Counted from the first letter of the whole stretch, positions 37,200 through 49,950 are shown. The stretch: 59,641 bases of DNA, filler included, from Circinaria calcarea (GCA_051942165.1; 12 parts of 12 records of this genome joined end to end with filler, not necessarily neighbours in it); one strand, 5' to 3'. Translations and numbers: made by a program. Notes: generated from the sequence alone by a model not told the origin.

Positions 37200-38195
37200 A
37201 TGCCTTTCATAACCACTTTCCTCCACTCCCAACTCCTCGTCACCCTCCCCTACCCCACAAACCCCTTCACCAACCAAACCATCATCGTCACCGGCGGCAA
37301 CAGCGGTCTGGGCCTCGAAGCTGCTCGACACTTCATCCGCTTAGACGCCGCCAAAGTCATACTCGCCGTACGCACTACCTCCAAAGGTGCCGCTGCCGCC
37401 GCGGACATTTCTGCATCCACAAACACGCCCGCGTCCCGCATTGAGGTCTGGCCACTGGACTTGGCGAGTCATGATTCGATCAGGGCATTTGCGGCTAAAG
37501 TGCAGAGAATGGAGAGACTCGACGCGGTGGTGATGAATGCCGGGATTTTGACGGGAAAATATGAGTTGGTGGGCGGAGAGGAGAGCACGATTGCGATCAA
37601 TGTCGTGAATACAACTCTGCTCGGATTGATGCTGCTGCCGAAGTTGAGGGAAAGCGCAAAGAGGATTGGAGCGACGGGAAGGTTAGTCTTCATAGGGTCG
37701 GATTTGCAGATGGTGGCAAAGTTCACGGAGCAAAACGTGCCCGGGAAGAGCATTTTCGAGGCGTTGACGGACAAGAAAACGGCAAACATGGCGGATCGGT
37801 ACAATACTTCGAAACTCCTCCTGCTTTACGCCGTGCGCAGCATCGCCGCTTTGAGCCCAGTTTCTCCAGAATCAAACATCATCATCAACTATGTGACGCC
37901 CGGCGCGTGCAAAAGTGACATCTTCCGGGACGAAGCCAGCTGGATTTCGAGGGTTGCCATGGGAATTGCAGTCGCCCTCGTTGCTCGGACGACGGAGGCT
38001 GGGAGTCGGACGTATCTGGATGCTGCGAGACAGGATGTGAGTGAGGAAACTCATGGCAAGTTTTTGATGGACTGTAAAATCTGGCCGAATGGAGAGAATG
38101 TGGATAGTGCTCATGGCCAGGAGCTGCAGGGGATATTCGTCAAGGAGCTCTTTGCGAAGCTGGAAGGCATCCAACCCGGTGTTACGAATATCTGA
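37200..38195 (+). CDS. Short-chain dehydrogenase/reductase (retinol-dehydrogenase-like)
   Basis: TGGNSGLG Rossmann motif, LDL, MNAG, catalytic YNTSK. Intronless, 331 aa. Confidence 0.93.
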   Translation: MPFITTFLHSQLLVTLPYPTNPFTNQTIIVTGGNSGLGLEAARHFIRLDAAKVILAVRTTSKGAAAAADISASTNTPASRIEVWPLDLASHDSIRAFAAKVQRMERLDAVVMNAGILTGKYELVGGEESTIAINVVNTTLLGLMLLPKLRESAKRIGATGRLVFIGSDLQMVAKFTEQNVPGKSIFEALTDKKTANMADRYNTSKLLLLYAVRSIAALSPVSPESNIIINYVTPGACKSDIFRDEASWISRVAMGIAVALVARTTEAGSRTYLDAARQDVSEETHGKFLMDCKIWPNGENVDSAHGQELQGIFVKELFAKLEGIQPGVTNI

Positions 38196-39599
38196 ATTGG
38201 TTCCTGAACAGTTGTACCGGAAGTGTTGAGTCAATTGTCTGTGCATCAGTGTTCGATTGATCTCAATCATATAGGAGAACTTATCTATAATAGGTTATTA
38301 ACAACATGGACTGAATCATGACATAACAGTTGCAACTTTTTTTGTATACACTAGTGAAGCTCCCTTAATGTATGCTTGTATAGAATATCCCAAGTCCTTG
38401 GCGCGGTTCCTTTTGAGGGAGCTGCACAACTACGTCGGAACATCTCATAGGTTAAGTTTTATCGAAGTTCGATCATAACCGCGTCCCTACCACCACACTG
38501 AGATCCTATGAAAAATGTTACAGTTAATGTCGGGGAAGAATTGAAGTGAAAGCTCGCCCTGTATTTCGTGGCCTCTTTGGTGGCCTCCTAGGTGACAGTA
38601 GTAGGTGGCAATAGAAGGTATCTTTGCGCGCCGTCTTTAAGGTATTGGCATTCGTCGCCAGTACCAGCTGCCTCATTTAGTCACTTGCAAGACCTCCAAT
38701 TTAACCGTCGCCGATATCTTCTTGAATTTGATCGAAGCCTTCTTAATGACAAATCTGTCTAACTCTGCATGTGCGTCTGGACTGAGCTTAATATAAATGT
38801 CGTCCAGTAGCTTCTGACCACCACGTTCCGCAAATGGCAAGGTAGTTATCGCGTTCCTCTGGCCCAGATTCGCCAATGACCACCGCGAATGAACGCTGAA
38901 ACCCCTTAATACGCATCATTCAAGGTCAAGATATAATGGTAACCTTGTTCATAAATAGCAAGGCTGGTCATTTCAGCAAGGACAGAGTTGAAATGAGTCT
39001 CTGTAATGAACAAAGGGCGAACAATAGGACGACACCGTGTTAGGGGAGTAACTAGAACGTGTATACAAGAAGAACATATTGTATCAGTGATAAGTGCCAT
39101 ATATACTGAATATTGGAGGTTCGAACTAAATCTCATGGTAGCCAGAATCTAAATTGGTGTCACCGGCAAGTTAAGTGTCAGAGAAGGGGAGTCTCCTAGA
39201 CCGAGACTCTTATAGATTGACCAACAAGCAATGAAAAAAGATATGTAAGCATTGTCCAAAGACTCGCCTGAGATATTCATCTACCATAAGGAATCGGACT
39301 CTGATTCAGGGTTTTCGAAATATTGCCCTGAGTGACAGAGTAAGAGCCTGAGCACACTTGATTGTCAGAAGGTAAGATGGGCGATATAGGCAATGTAGAA
39401 TATATGTAACTCAGTGATAGAGGAGCCTTTTCACCAAGCATTAGTTGATAAAGACCTTTCTTCTATGTTCGTGAGCGTACTCCCGAGTGCTCAACGCTCC
39501 GTATATAGAGGGCTTCCACTAAACTACTCGCGGACATTACCAGAGATCCCTAAGCTATGCCGCATCCGGTTAAATGCCGCAGTATGTCCCCCCCCCCAA

Positions 39600-39755
39600 T
39601 TTTCAATAATTGATTATTATAGAACAATAAAAGCAATTAGCGTTATAAAAATTAAATATATTATAAATTAAATAAATATAAATAAGAATTAATTATGAAT
39701 AAATTAATTATTTAAATACTTAGGCCTATAAATAAGCCTTTTATATAATATAATT
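39600..39755. repeat. AT-rich, TpA-rich relic (RIP-like) at the contig end
   Basis: Abrupt switch to almost pure A/T with many TA dinucleotides. Confidence 0.55.
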
Positions 39756-39855
39756 NNNNNNNNNNNNNNNNNNNNNNNNNNNNNNNNNNNNNNNNNNNNT
39801 TAATTAATTAANNNNNNNNNNNNNNNNNNNNNNNNNNNNNNNNNNNNNNNNNNNN

Positions 39856-40260
39856 CTTTCCATGCTATACTGCATGCTTATTCCATGCTATGCTGCATGC
39901 TCTTTCCGTGCTATACTATATACTCTTTCTATGTTATATTATATAATCTTTCTATACTATGCTGCATGCTCTTTCTATGCTATGCTACGTGCTTTCGCTA
40001 TTCTATGCCGCGTGTTTTCACTATACTATGATCCATGCTGTGCTGCGTGCTCTTTCTATGCTATACTACGTGCTTTTGCTATGCTATACTCCATGCTATA
40101 CTCCATGCTATGCTTCATATTATACTCCGTTTCATACCATATTTCATGCCTATATTATTTTATATTATGCCGCGTGCTATTGCTATGTTATATTACGTGC
40201 TCTTTCCATGCTATATACCAACGGAAATCGCTACCTTTCCCCCCTATTTTCCATGCCGCA
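39856..40260. repeat. Degenerate 23-bp minisatellite
   Basis: Units such as CTTTCCATGCTATACTGCATGCT, TATTCCATGCTATGCTGCATGCT, CTTTCTATGTTATATTATATAAT and CTTTCTATGCTATGCTACGTGCT. Confidence 0.85.
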
Positions 40261-41329
40261 CTAATAACTGCATCAAGCTATCACACCTAAGTAAGATGCG
40301 TGTGTGGAACTACCACGCTAGCGCCATATGCGAAACCAACTCATAGATGCACTCGTCTTCCCTGCACGTCCCTCACGAAAAACTGGGGGAAGGATTTTAC
40401 AGCCCTAGTTTATGCAGGTAGTCGTGTGCGGCGTCCATCGTTTGCGTATGGAGGAGCTATTGTGAGATGTCAGGCGCCCAATATGGCTCCAATTATCTTA
40501 GCTCACACGGCTAGCATTTTAACACCAATGCAGCGACGAGCCGCAACGTTGGAGCTGCCAGAGTGGAAAATTGCTAGTAGATTCCTAAGCCTATCCCATG
40601 TATTGCCTCATCTGCGCCACGTTTTCCTGGTTGATACCTATGCATACCCTAGTTTCCGGACTTAGCGGGAGGAAAGTGTGCGGAGACTAGAAACAGAACC
40701 CTCTCGTATCCTCCTTCCACAAATTTTCCAGTCCCTGTCGTGCATGGCCGCTTCATTTGGTGGCGTACCAACATAGTACTAAGCATTATGTGGGTAGGGT
40801 TGAATCGCCGGCTTGAGCGGTAAGCACTAAGGCAATACAATGGACTCCGCTTACGGAGTATGTACGTGAAATAACCATTGCTCTGGAAAAGTTAAGGCAG
40901 CATTATTTTAACCGGGCGACCTTTCCCCAATTTTCTTTGCCTTGAAACGCTGCACTCTGCTGATCACATCCAGTGTACGGAATCCCCAGCCAAATGTCGC
41001 AGGGCCCCATAGTGGAGCCCACTCAAGACGAACTCCTTCGAAGGCCTCGGGATCCAGAGTTGGGAATTCCCGCTACAACGATGCACTGCCCAATGCTACC
41101 ATTTTAGGCTTTCCATCATGTAAGACAGGATCTTGAGGAGCCCAGCATTGGGAAAATGCAGAGAAATGAATGTCGCATGCCCCCTCCTTAGTTCATAGGA
41201 TCTGCTTGAATGTTGCTTTGTGCGGTGATTCCCTTTTTACGCAGACATTATGACCTATAAATCACATGCCCTGTCGTCCCTCAGGTGTTCAGCCTCCTAA
41301 AGATTTTGATATGCAGCAAATCATGACAG

Positions 41330-42787
41330 ATCAAGGATGATTGTGCATCCGCCAGACCCTCATGTCGAGTCATCGTTGTCGGGTGTGGGCTGGGGGATCT
41401 TCTGGCTGCAATAGGCCTCCGGGCATCCGGGCACGAGGTGACCATTATGGAGAAAATGGCAGAGCTGCAAGAGGTCGGTAAGCTGGGAGAATTTTGTACC
41501 TGGAATAATTTACTAGGCTGAACCTCAAGGCATCTCTGTAGATTGGAGCTGGCATCCAGATTACACCCAACGCAACGAACGTTCTCAAAGCATGGGACCT
41601 TCTGGACGCTGTGAAGTCATGTGCCGTGCAACCTGATGCTGCAATCTTGCGCTCTTATCGAGATGGCAAGGTTCTGTCGACCCAGCCTCTAGGCGCTTTT
41701 ATGGAAGAAACAAATGCAGCACCTTACTTGGTCATTCATCGAGTCGACTTGCATAAAATCTTACTGGCTAAAGCTGAGAGTCTTGGGATTGTGATACGAC
41801 TAAACTCTTTTATCTCAAATATAAGTCTAGTCAAGCCGTCTCTCGAGATTTTTAATGGCGAGATATACGAGTGTGACTTGATCCTGGGTGCTGATGGCGA
41901 AAAGTCAATGTGCCGGGAGGCACTGCTTGGGCATGCTGATCCGTTGCACGATACGGGAGACGAAGTCTTTCGGTTCACGATCCCCAGAGCTGAAGTGGCC
42001 CAGCATCAAGATCTAGCTGAATTGGTAGAATTCCCAAATATCAATTTCTGGGTAGGACCAGATGGCAATGTGATAACATATTTGGTCAAAAAAGATAATC
42101 TGCTCAATTTCGCCCTCACCCGAGCTCGTGGCAGCAATGGCGAGGTTCACTATAAACCCCAGAAGGCAGAAGTGAGTGAACTGAGTGCCGCGATTAGCCA
42201 ATGGGATCCAAGATTCAAGACACTGTTAAGCATTTCTCAGGCGTTAAGCAAGTGGACGCTGTTTGAAGCCAATGAAGCACCCTACTGGACCCATTGTGAT
42301 GGCCACTTTGCTCTCGTAGGGGACGCAGCTCATGCAATGCGTCCGCATCTGTAAGTCCACAATGACCCGTGAACTTCAAGAGAAGCTAAGAGGGATCCTC
42401 AGTGCACAAGGCGCCGCACAAGCGTTCGAAGACTGCGCTGTTCTCGCGGTTCTCTTCTCCAAAATCCAATCTAAATCGCAAATCCCCGATATCTTGTCCA
42501 TTTACGAACGTATCCGCAAGCCCCGAGCGAGAGAGGTTCGGATTCGCGCGCGGGAAATGCGGACGGTTTTTGGGATGAGGGATGGTCCACTGCAGCAGGA
42601 GCGAGACCGGCAACTGTTGGAACATGCACCGTTTGAGGGTTATCCCAACCCGTTGGCGGACCCCGTGCTTCAGAAATGGCTCTATGGGTATCGTGCCATC
42701 GAGGAAGCCGAGAGAGCTTGGGAGGTTTACTTGAAAGGAGAGTGGCCTGGAACGAGAGGGATGTGGAGACAAGGTAGCGGTGCATGA
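41330..42787 (+). CDS. FAD-dependent monooxygenase (salicylate-hydroxylase-like), possibly defective
   Basis: RVIVVGCGLGD, E|IGAGIQITPNA, HRVDLH, DLILGADG, LVGDAAHAMRPH|AQGAAQAFED. Two introns. No in-frame ATG found before the first motif. Confidence 0.85.
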
Positions 42788-43001
42788 AGTATTAGAACGT
42801 TCATAAACTCGCGATAAGCAGACTAAGCAACGAGGATTATTATCACAAACAGCATTGACTAATAACAAGTTCAAATGAAGCTATTCAGGAATACCTTGAG
42901 AAAATGGCCATGTAGAAATCGGTTTGTTTGCTCTATATGCTATTTTAACTTGACTGAAGGTGTTTTGTTATCCACGGAAATAAAAAAGCATTTTAGTAAG
43001 G

Positions 43002-43967
43002 CTATAGTCTGGTAAAATACTCGCCCAGGAGCCCCACAGAAATGAATTCTCCTATGGCCAAGCACCCATACTGGAACCACCACCAGCATTTATCCGGATT
43101 ATCCAAGTCCACCTGCCATATCATGTATATTAACAACGCCGCGTTGGAAACGGGAGCCCCTATTGCGTACAGGATACCGGCGTTCATAAGTCTCCCGGTA
43201 AGAAGGAGCATGCCAATCTGCGCCGCCGCGAGGCTGGGAAGTAAAAGCGTCATGTGATGCCGATAACGTATAGTCATAGATCGAATACCCACCCTTAGAT
43301 CATCCTGAATATCTTGATATGCATGGATGGTATCATGGATGATGGTCCAAAGGACATAGGACATGAACAGGCAAACGAGGCCTGCTCCCGTGGTCGCCGG
43401 GTGTTCGACAATCAAGTCCACCGGGTCTGCTCCGACGACAAGATACCCAATGAAGACTCCCCAAGCCAGAGTAAGCCCTAGGATGACCTGGGCGTAGTCT
43501 GTGACACGCTTGGCGAATGGGTAGAACGCAACCATGCCGGTCAGAGGGACGGCATAATAAAGACAGTTGGTCGAGATCTGGGAAAGGATACCCAGCCAGA
43601 TGAAGCACTGAGCTGCAGTAAATAGATAGCCATCTCTTGGACGAATGGCGCCTCGGGCTATTGGGCGCAGCCGGCAGCGAGTGACTTGACGATCTAAGTC
43701 CTGATCGATGATGTCGTTCCAAGTACAGCCGGCACTCCGGAGCATGAATGCTGCGGCAAAAAGCATAATGATCGTCCTCAGGAGTGACTTGGGATCAATA
43801 AATGGCTCCGTGGTGCAGGCGGCGTAGAGGGCGCCAAAGACGTAGGGGGAAAAGATGTTCATGATACCCACGGGTTTGTGGGGCCGCATGAACTCCGCGT
43901 AAGGAACCCATGATGTTGGTAGGTGGGAGAGAATGCCGGTATCTGGGGATTTGTAATGGGAGGACAT
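43002..43967 (-). CDS. UbiA-family aromatic polyprenyltransferase (secondary-metabolite type)
   Basis: PYAEFMR.HKP.G, RSAGCTWNDIIDQDLDRQV.RCR.RPIARGA, YPFAKR, QDIQDD..GIRS. Multiple TM segments and no mitochondrial leader. Confidence 0.92.
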   Translation of the reverse strand: MSSHYKSPDTGILSHLPTSWVPYAEFMRPHKPVGIMNIFSPYVFGALYAACTTEPFIDPKSLLRTIIMLFAAAFMLRSAGCTWNDIIDQDLDRQVTRCRLRPIARGAIRPRDGYLFTAAQCFIWLGILSQISTNCLYYAVPLTGMVAFYPFAKRVTDYAQVILGLTLAWGVFIGYLVVGADPVDLIVEHPATTGAGLVCLFMSYVLWTIIHDTIHAYQDIQDDLRVGIRSMTIRYRHHMTLLLPSLAAAQIGMLLLTGRLMNAGILYAIGAPVSNAALLIYMIWQVDLDNPDKCWWWFQYGCLAIGEFISVGLLGEYFTRL

Positions 43968-44371
43968 GGAGAAAGCTTTTGTCTAGGCTTGAACTTGGCA
44001 AGATGATACACCTATTCGATTGCTTTGAGGAAGATGATAGTATTGAAATGAACTAGCGGAAGCACAATTAAGCTAGAAATCAAGCTGACAAGAAAAGGCC
44101 AAATACTAGAAGGAAAATAGTCACAGAAATATGAACTGCAGAGGGAGAAGGCGCGAGGGAACGCGGAGGGAAAGGGCAGAGTGGGATAATAGGACTATGA
44201 ATACCGGGAGGCAATGTCCTGTTATGGTCGCCTGACATCCCATACCATCTCGATTGGAGGGGTAGAAACCAATGTAGATCGTTCAATTTACTTCATAATA
44301 CTTTGTATTCCTACACCAACATCCGCAAAATCGACCTACCGCCCCGGCTCATGTGAAATCTAAACAATACT

Positions 44372-44712
44372 CTACCTCTCCGCCGGTGGAGATTGCCCGC
44401 CCACATAGAACCCGCGCTGCACGCGGATATTCTGCGCGTGCGGCGCCGTCGCCTCAACTTCATAAACTTCGCCCTTCGAGCCGTGGGCACTAGTACTAGT
44501 CGTAACTTGGGTAGAGTTGCCTCCGCTACCATTGATAAGGCCGGCCTTACCAGAGCGGCCTATGTGATCGGATTGCAACTGGTAGACGCTCTTGCCCGAG
44601 TAGCCGCTGGAGCGCTTGTGGGGGCCGATGGCTTTGCCCTTGACGGCGGCGTCCCAGAGGGGTTTAACAGTGGGGATGCTGCCGCAGATGATGACGAGGG
44701 AGAATTCGAGGC
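44372..44712 (-). CDS. Last exon of a Pth11-like (rhodopsin-domain) integral membrane protein
   Basis: After a TAG acceptor: LEFSLVIICGSIPTVKPLW, the typical TM7 end, then a polar tail ending NIRVQRGFYV...*. Confidence 0.7.
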
Positions 44713-44827
44713 TAGGGAGTGAAGAGGNNNNNNNNNNNNNNNNNNNNNNNNNNNNNNNNNNNNNNNNNNNNTTAATTAATTAANNNNNNNNNNNNNNNNN
44801 NNNNNNNNNNNNNNNNNNNNNNNNNNN

Positions 44828-45267
44828 GCTACTACGGCAAGAAGAGCCAGTGGAGTGGCACCTGAGACGCTGTGGGGACGACCATTGGGAAGGTGCAGAA
44901 TCTTGAAAAAATATGTGAGGATAAATTCGTTGGAGACGCCTTTCGGAAACTGGCCGACGTCTGCGATAAAGACACGAGGTAGAGCTGATAGCGGCGCGAG
45001 TGAAATGTCCGAATATTGAGCTCGCATTTCCTTAAGTGATCTATCGACCATTATGCCCTCATTGAACTTTGTTGGATCCAATAGGTTTCCAAAGTATGCA
45101 GATGCCTTCTTTAATATGGTTGTACAGACTCGATAGCATATGTTGGCTTGCTGCAGAGTATCCTGGATTTCTAAAAGTATATCCCCCTCGCTACTGATGA
45201 TCACGATTGCCTCCTTAGACTTCCCATTTTCCAAAATATCCCCATCCGCTGCTGTCGAGTAGCCCAT
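44828..45267 (-). CDS. BTB/POZ-like domain protein, 3'-truncated
   Basis: IISSEGDILLEI...YRVCTTILKKASAYFGNLLDPTKFNEG pattern. Confidence 0.65.
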
Positions 45268-46103
45268 GGTGAACTACAGCGCTGGCTACGCCGAAGGCCA
45301 CCCTGGATTTAGGTAGTTGAAGGAGCAAAGTGCTTATCAAATTCATGCACCAAGATTGGCGGACGGGAGATACGATAGTCGTAAAAGGACAGCTGTATAA
45401 CAAGGACGGTAGTGTGTTGGTTTGATATCACTTCAGCTACGCAAGCTGGGTAGCTCCTCAAGGATATGGCCAGGCCATGATTTGTAGCAGACTTAGATCC
45501 GCGGCTATGAATCAATAGTTGAGATCTGAAGACTCATACGCCAGTTGGAAAGAGCGAAGTGGGATGTAAGGAAGCACAGCTCCGGACTATGGAATAATAA
45601 AACCGCGAGACTAGCCAAATATAGCTAGCGAACTTATCCTGGCCAATGATAATGTACTGACAATTGCGAATGATATGATTTGCTGCTCAGCTTCGCAACT
45701 TTACTCTATTAACGTCTTTGATTTTCCCGCTCCCCCATCCTTCCTCAGTTGCTCTTCTTTCGGACCACACATTCTACGTAGAAATCCGATGATGGAGATG
45801 GCCTCATCGCCTTCTTTGCACAGACTTGGTTCAAGCTAGCTCTCTACCTCTGGCTATCTAAACTACCCTTTGATAGAAAACTCGACGAATCGCAGCAAAG
45901 CGCCTATCAGCAGAAGCTCAGATGAAAAACTGTCAAACTCAGTGCTCAGGAGCGAGGGCACGTTTGCTTTGCGATCGCGATGGTTGATGGCGTCGCCTTG
46001 CAAAGGGATTCCCAATGGAAAGCCGACGAACGCTAAGCAGGCTATACATGTAAAGAATCCCTCCACTCCTTCAGCAATCCTCAAGTAAGTGAAAACGGAT
46101 CTT

Positions 46104-47482
46104 TCAACTATCAACGCTGCGAATTTCTGTTGAAACGCCTTCCATGGGCTTGCTCCCCTTCTCACTGGTTACTACACCTTCTTTGATGCTATTTCCCTCA
46201 CTATCCGAGGATGTCATCCCCTCGGTGTTTGCCGGATCCGCTTGTTTCGCTTTCATAAGTGGCCAATGACCGTTCTTCTCGTTGTACCGCATTTCCAAGA
46301 ACGCCAGGATGACGGTAACCCAATAAAGGTTGTAGGAGAGGACTGAACCGTAAGTAGCAGAGTTTTGCCATCCAAATAAGGCGTTGAAAATCCCCCATCC
46401 GCCACCTCCATTTATTAGAGGACTGCAGCACTTGACGAAACATCAGTGAGTTACCGGAAAGGTAAGCCGAGCGAGAGACTAACATTCACGTGCCAAACGC
46501 TCTGGCGAATATCATACGAGCCTGCTCCTGCGCCCGTCTCCGCTGCGTCACCACCAATCAGAGTATTCCACTATGGGTTATTAGCTTTGAATCTACTTCT
46601 AACAAGGTGAGGAACAGTACCTTGTGGGCCTCCAAAAACCATACGGCCTTGGAGAAAAGGCCGGCTGCCACAAGGTAGAGAAATGAAGTCGAGACAATCA
46701 GAAATATCTGGATCGAAGCAAAATTACCACCCCTAATTTCTTTAGTTACATCGGATCAGATTGGATACATGAACCGAGCTCACCGGTAAATAAAGTAACC
46801 GATCAAGCACCCGAGGCCAAGACCAGTAATCACCGGAATAGGGAATGATGTTGCCGGTAGACCTAAGCTGATACCACTGATGAAGACTACCGCTTCAAGG
46901 CCTTCCCGAAGGACAGTGACGAATGGAAGGATGAACATGGCATATTTCTCACACCATGTTTTGAATCTGCTGCCAGCAGTACCCTTCTTGGTACTGTCTT
47001 TGGCTTCAAGAGCTTTTGCAAGCTTCACGCGCCATTTGTCCTGCAGTTTGGAGACTCGCAGGAGAGCGGCGCCCATCAAGGTGATGATAACAGAGGAGAG
47101 CAGTCCGAAGGCGCCTTCCCAGATATTCTCTGTGGCCCCAAATATATCTTTACCGAGTCCATAAAAGGCCCCGATCATACCGGCTCCAATGGCAACGCAG
47201 ACGGCGAGGCCCAGCGCTGTGCCCAACCATACCTGGAGATTGTTAGCCTGGGATTGCATGCGTAGTCCCATCTGTGCATTTACCTGGCGCCTGAGACGTT
47301 TTAAAGTGGACGCATCCTGGTCTGGTCCGAGGGTCTGCTTCAAGAAAGCCAGCAGGATAGAGACCACGATACTGGTCTCCAATGTTTCTCGCAGACAGAG
47401 GAAGAATACTAGGGAACACTTAATGGACCGTCAAAGTTATAGCACCATCGGACTTACCTGGCACCGCGAAGACGTTCACCAT
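46104..47482 (-). CDS. FTR1: High-affinity iron permease FTR1/FtrA
   Basis: [22 protein letters not shown] and [11 protein letters not shown] (two REXXE motifs), [24 protein letters not shown]. Several short introns. Confidence 0.95.
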
Positions 47483-47620
47483 CTTGTCCGCGACTGTCGG
47501 GCAATTGGACTGTCTCCAAGGGAATAATCTAATATGCAAGAATGGTCTCTACGGTTATAGCGGACCCAGGTCAATTGGACAGGCCAGACTGGATATAAAT
47601 GATGGCGAGTTGCACGATTC

Positions 47621-48595
47621 TTATCAGATCCTCAAAGGCTCGATCTGATAAAAAGCGGGCAAAGGTTGTTGCCGGAATCAGGCGGGTGCGCACCCACAGC
47701 CTTCTGGCGCTAAATCCTTAGCGGAGCCTAGCGACACAACACCAAAAAATGTCTCTTTCAGGGATTTGCGGCTGATGATTGGATTTGGGAGCCACTTCGG
47801 CCGTGTGTGCATGGACTGAAATGGCTGTGAATGGCCCCGCCGATATCGGTCGGGAATGACTTGACGAGCTCGGACAGCTGAGCTTTTCGCAATTGCCGTA
47901 TCTAAACGCAAGTGGGGATGTCTTACCGAAGCGAGCCTCCCACGCTAGTCGATTCTGCGGTCAACTACGGAGGAACACATGGCGAAGGTTTCATGCCCAC
48001 AGTCGCTTCCCGACGGTAGCATCCCTCACTCGTCCATGCGAGCCTTTATTGCTTTTGTCTGGGCTTCAGTTGATCCCGTTCCGTTTAGGCACGATCTCTT
48101 GCATGACACCAAGTCCATCGGTGACATCGACCACTAAGGCCTAAGGCCTAAAGCTCGGGAAGAAGACCTTATCAGATCAGATGAGAGCTTTGACCAGTCC
48201 AAATTCAAATTTAGCCCCGGACCAGGCACGAGGAGACTAATTGAATTACTTTCGAGGCTTCACTGTGGCCAGCAGCATCACTTGACGATCCATTCAGCCA
48301 TCGAGCATAGGTTGTCTCATCACATCCACACCTGTGAAGCAACCTGGCAAATAGCCTTGTCGAGACCCTCGACCCGAGTTATCACGCTGTGCAGACCGGG
48401 CAAGTCCGGTGTCGGCACTTCTCCCATTGACCGCATTGGATCCTGGGACGTTGTTGAACTCGCATACAAGTCCATCTTGGCTCTTCTTGGCCTGGCGCGA
48501 TCAGATAAGAAAGAGTCCGGGGAGTCAGGATCGGGGCGGAGACACGGGAGAACCAAAATCCACAGTCAGACAAGCCATCATCATTCTTATCAGAT
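47621..48595. promoter_or_regulatory. Five SreA/Sre1-type ATCWGATAA sites in the FTR1-FET3 bidirectional promoter
   Basis: TTATCAGAT at 47621, 48169 and 48587. ATCTGATAA at 47643. ATCAGATAA at 48500. Confidence 0.85.
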
Positions 48596-48801
48596 CCTCT
48601 CGAAGGCGACACACATCAACATCTAGGTTACCATCGCGCACTCCAGGTGTTGGCGGACTATCTCTTGCTGTTGCGTAGACAACATTCATATCATTCGCAC
48701 ACGGCCGCCTCGTACGTTGCTGCCTCCGGGGACCTTCAGCATATGGTGCCAACGAAATCTCTTGCTTTCCCTACTTTTACCCCTGATTCCATTCCATCAC
48801 C

Positions 48802-49699
48802 ATGTTCCAGTTTTCTTGCTTGTCATGGTCACTGATTCCTCTGCTATACGTTGTGGGCTTGGTGCATACTGCCACAGTCACGTATGATTTCAACATCACC
48901 TGGGTTACAGCCAACCCAGACGGTGCTTTCCCTCGTCCTACGATAGGTATCAACGGACAATGGCCTCTGCCACAGATCACGGCCAGCGTTGGGGACCGGG
49001 TGGTAGTGAACGTACTGAATCAGCTTGGCAATCAGAGTACGAGCTTGCATTTTCACGGCCTCTACCAGAATGGGTCTACCCATATGGACGGCTCGGCTGG
49101 CGCTTCCCATTGTAGTATTCCTGCAGGTGCCTCGTTCAAGTATGATTTCAAGGTAGGTAATGGTTGTTATATCATGGACGACTTGAGCTTATCGAAATTA
49201 GATTGACCAACCCGGGACTTATTGGTATCATTCACACGATAATGGGCAATACCCCGATGGACTACGTGGAGCTTTGATTGTGAACGACCCAGACTCTCCT
49301 TACAAAGGACTATACGATGAGGAGATTGTCTTGACCCTGTCTGACTGGTATCATGAGCAAATGGCAACTTTGATTCCTGCCTTTATCAGCGTGACAAATC
49401 CGACAGGAGCGGAGCCGGTACCAGCGGCCGCACTTTTCAATGACACTCAAGACCTCACAGTCCGCGTTGGGCCGGGTAAAACTTACATGATCCGCATGAT
49501 CAATATGGCTGCCTTTGCAGCACAGTATGTCTGGTTCGAGGAGCATACTATGCGCATTATCGAGGTCGACGGCATATACACTGAGCCAGCTGAAGCGGAG
49601 ATGTTATATCTAACGGCAGCTCAACGTTACAGTGTCTTGATTACAACGAAGAATGACACATCATCAAACTTTGCCTTCGTTGGCAGCATGGATCAGGTA
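48802..49699 (+). CDS. FET3: Multicopper ferroxidase FET3/FetC, 3'-truncated
   Basis: Signal peptide, [46 protein letters not shown]. Divergent from FTR1. Confidence 0.95.
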
Positions 49700-49799
49700 N
49701 NNNNNNNNNNNNNNNNNNNNNNNNNNNNNNNNNNNNNNNNNNNTTAATTAATTAANNNNNNNNNNNNNNNNNNNNNNNNNNNNNNNNNNNNNNNNNNNN

Positions 49800-49887
<88 letters not shown>

Positions 49888-49950
49888 AAAAAGAAAAAAG
49901 AAAAAAGAAAAAAGAAAAAAGAAAAAAGAAAAAAGAAAAAAGAAAAAAAA
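49800..49950 (+). repeat. Poly(A) run of about 86 nt followed by (GAAAAAA)n
   Basis: Directly visible at the contig start. Confidence 0.95.

Noticed and set aside
39856..40260. CRISPR-like array or Cys/Tyr-rich peptide ORFs
   Set aside because: The units are contiguous with no unique spacers, the context is eukaryotic, and the ORFs are by-products of the repeat.
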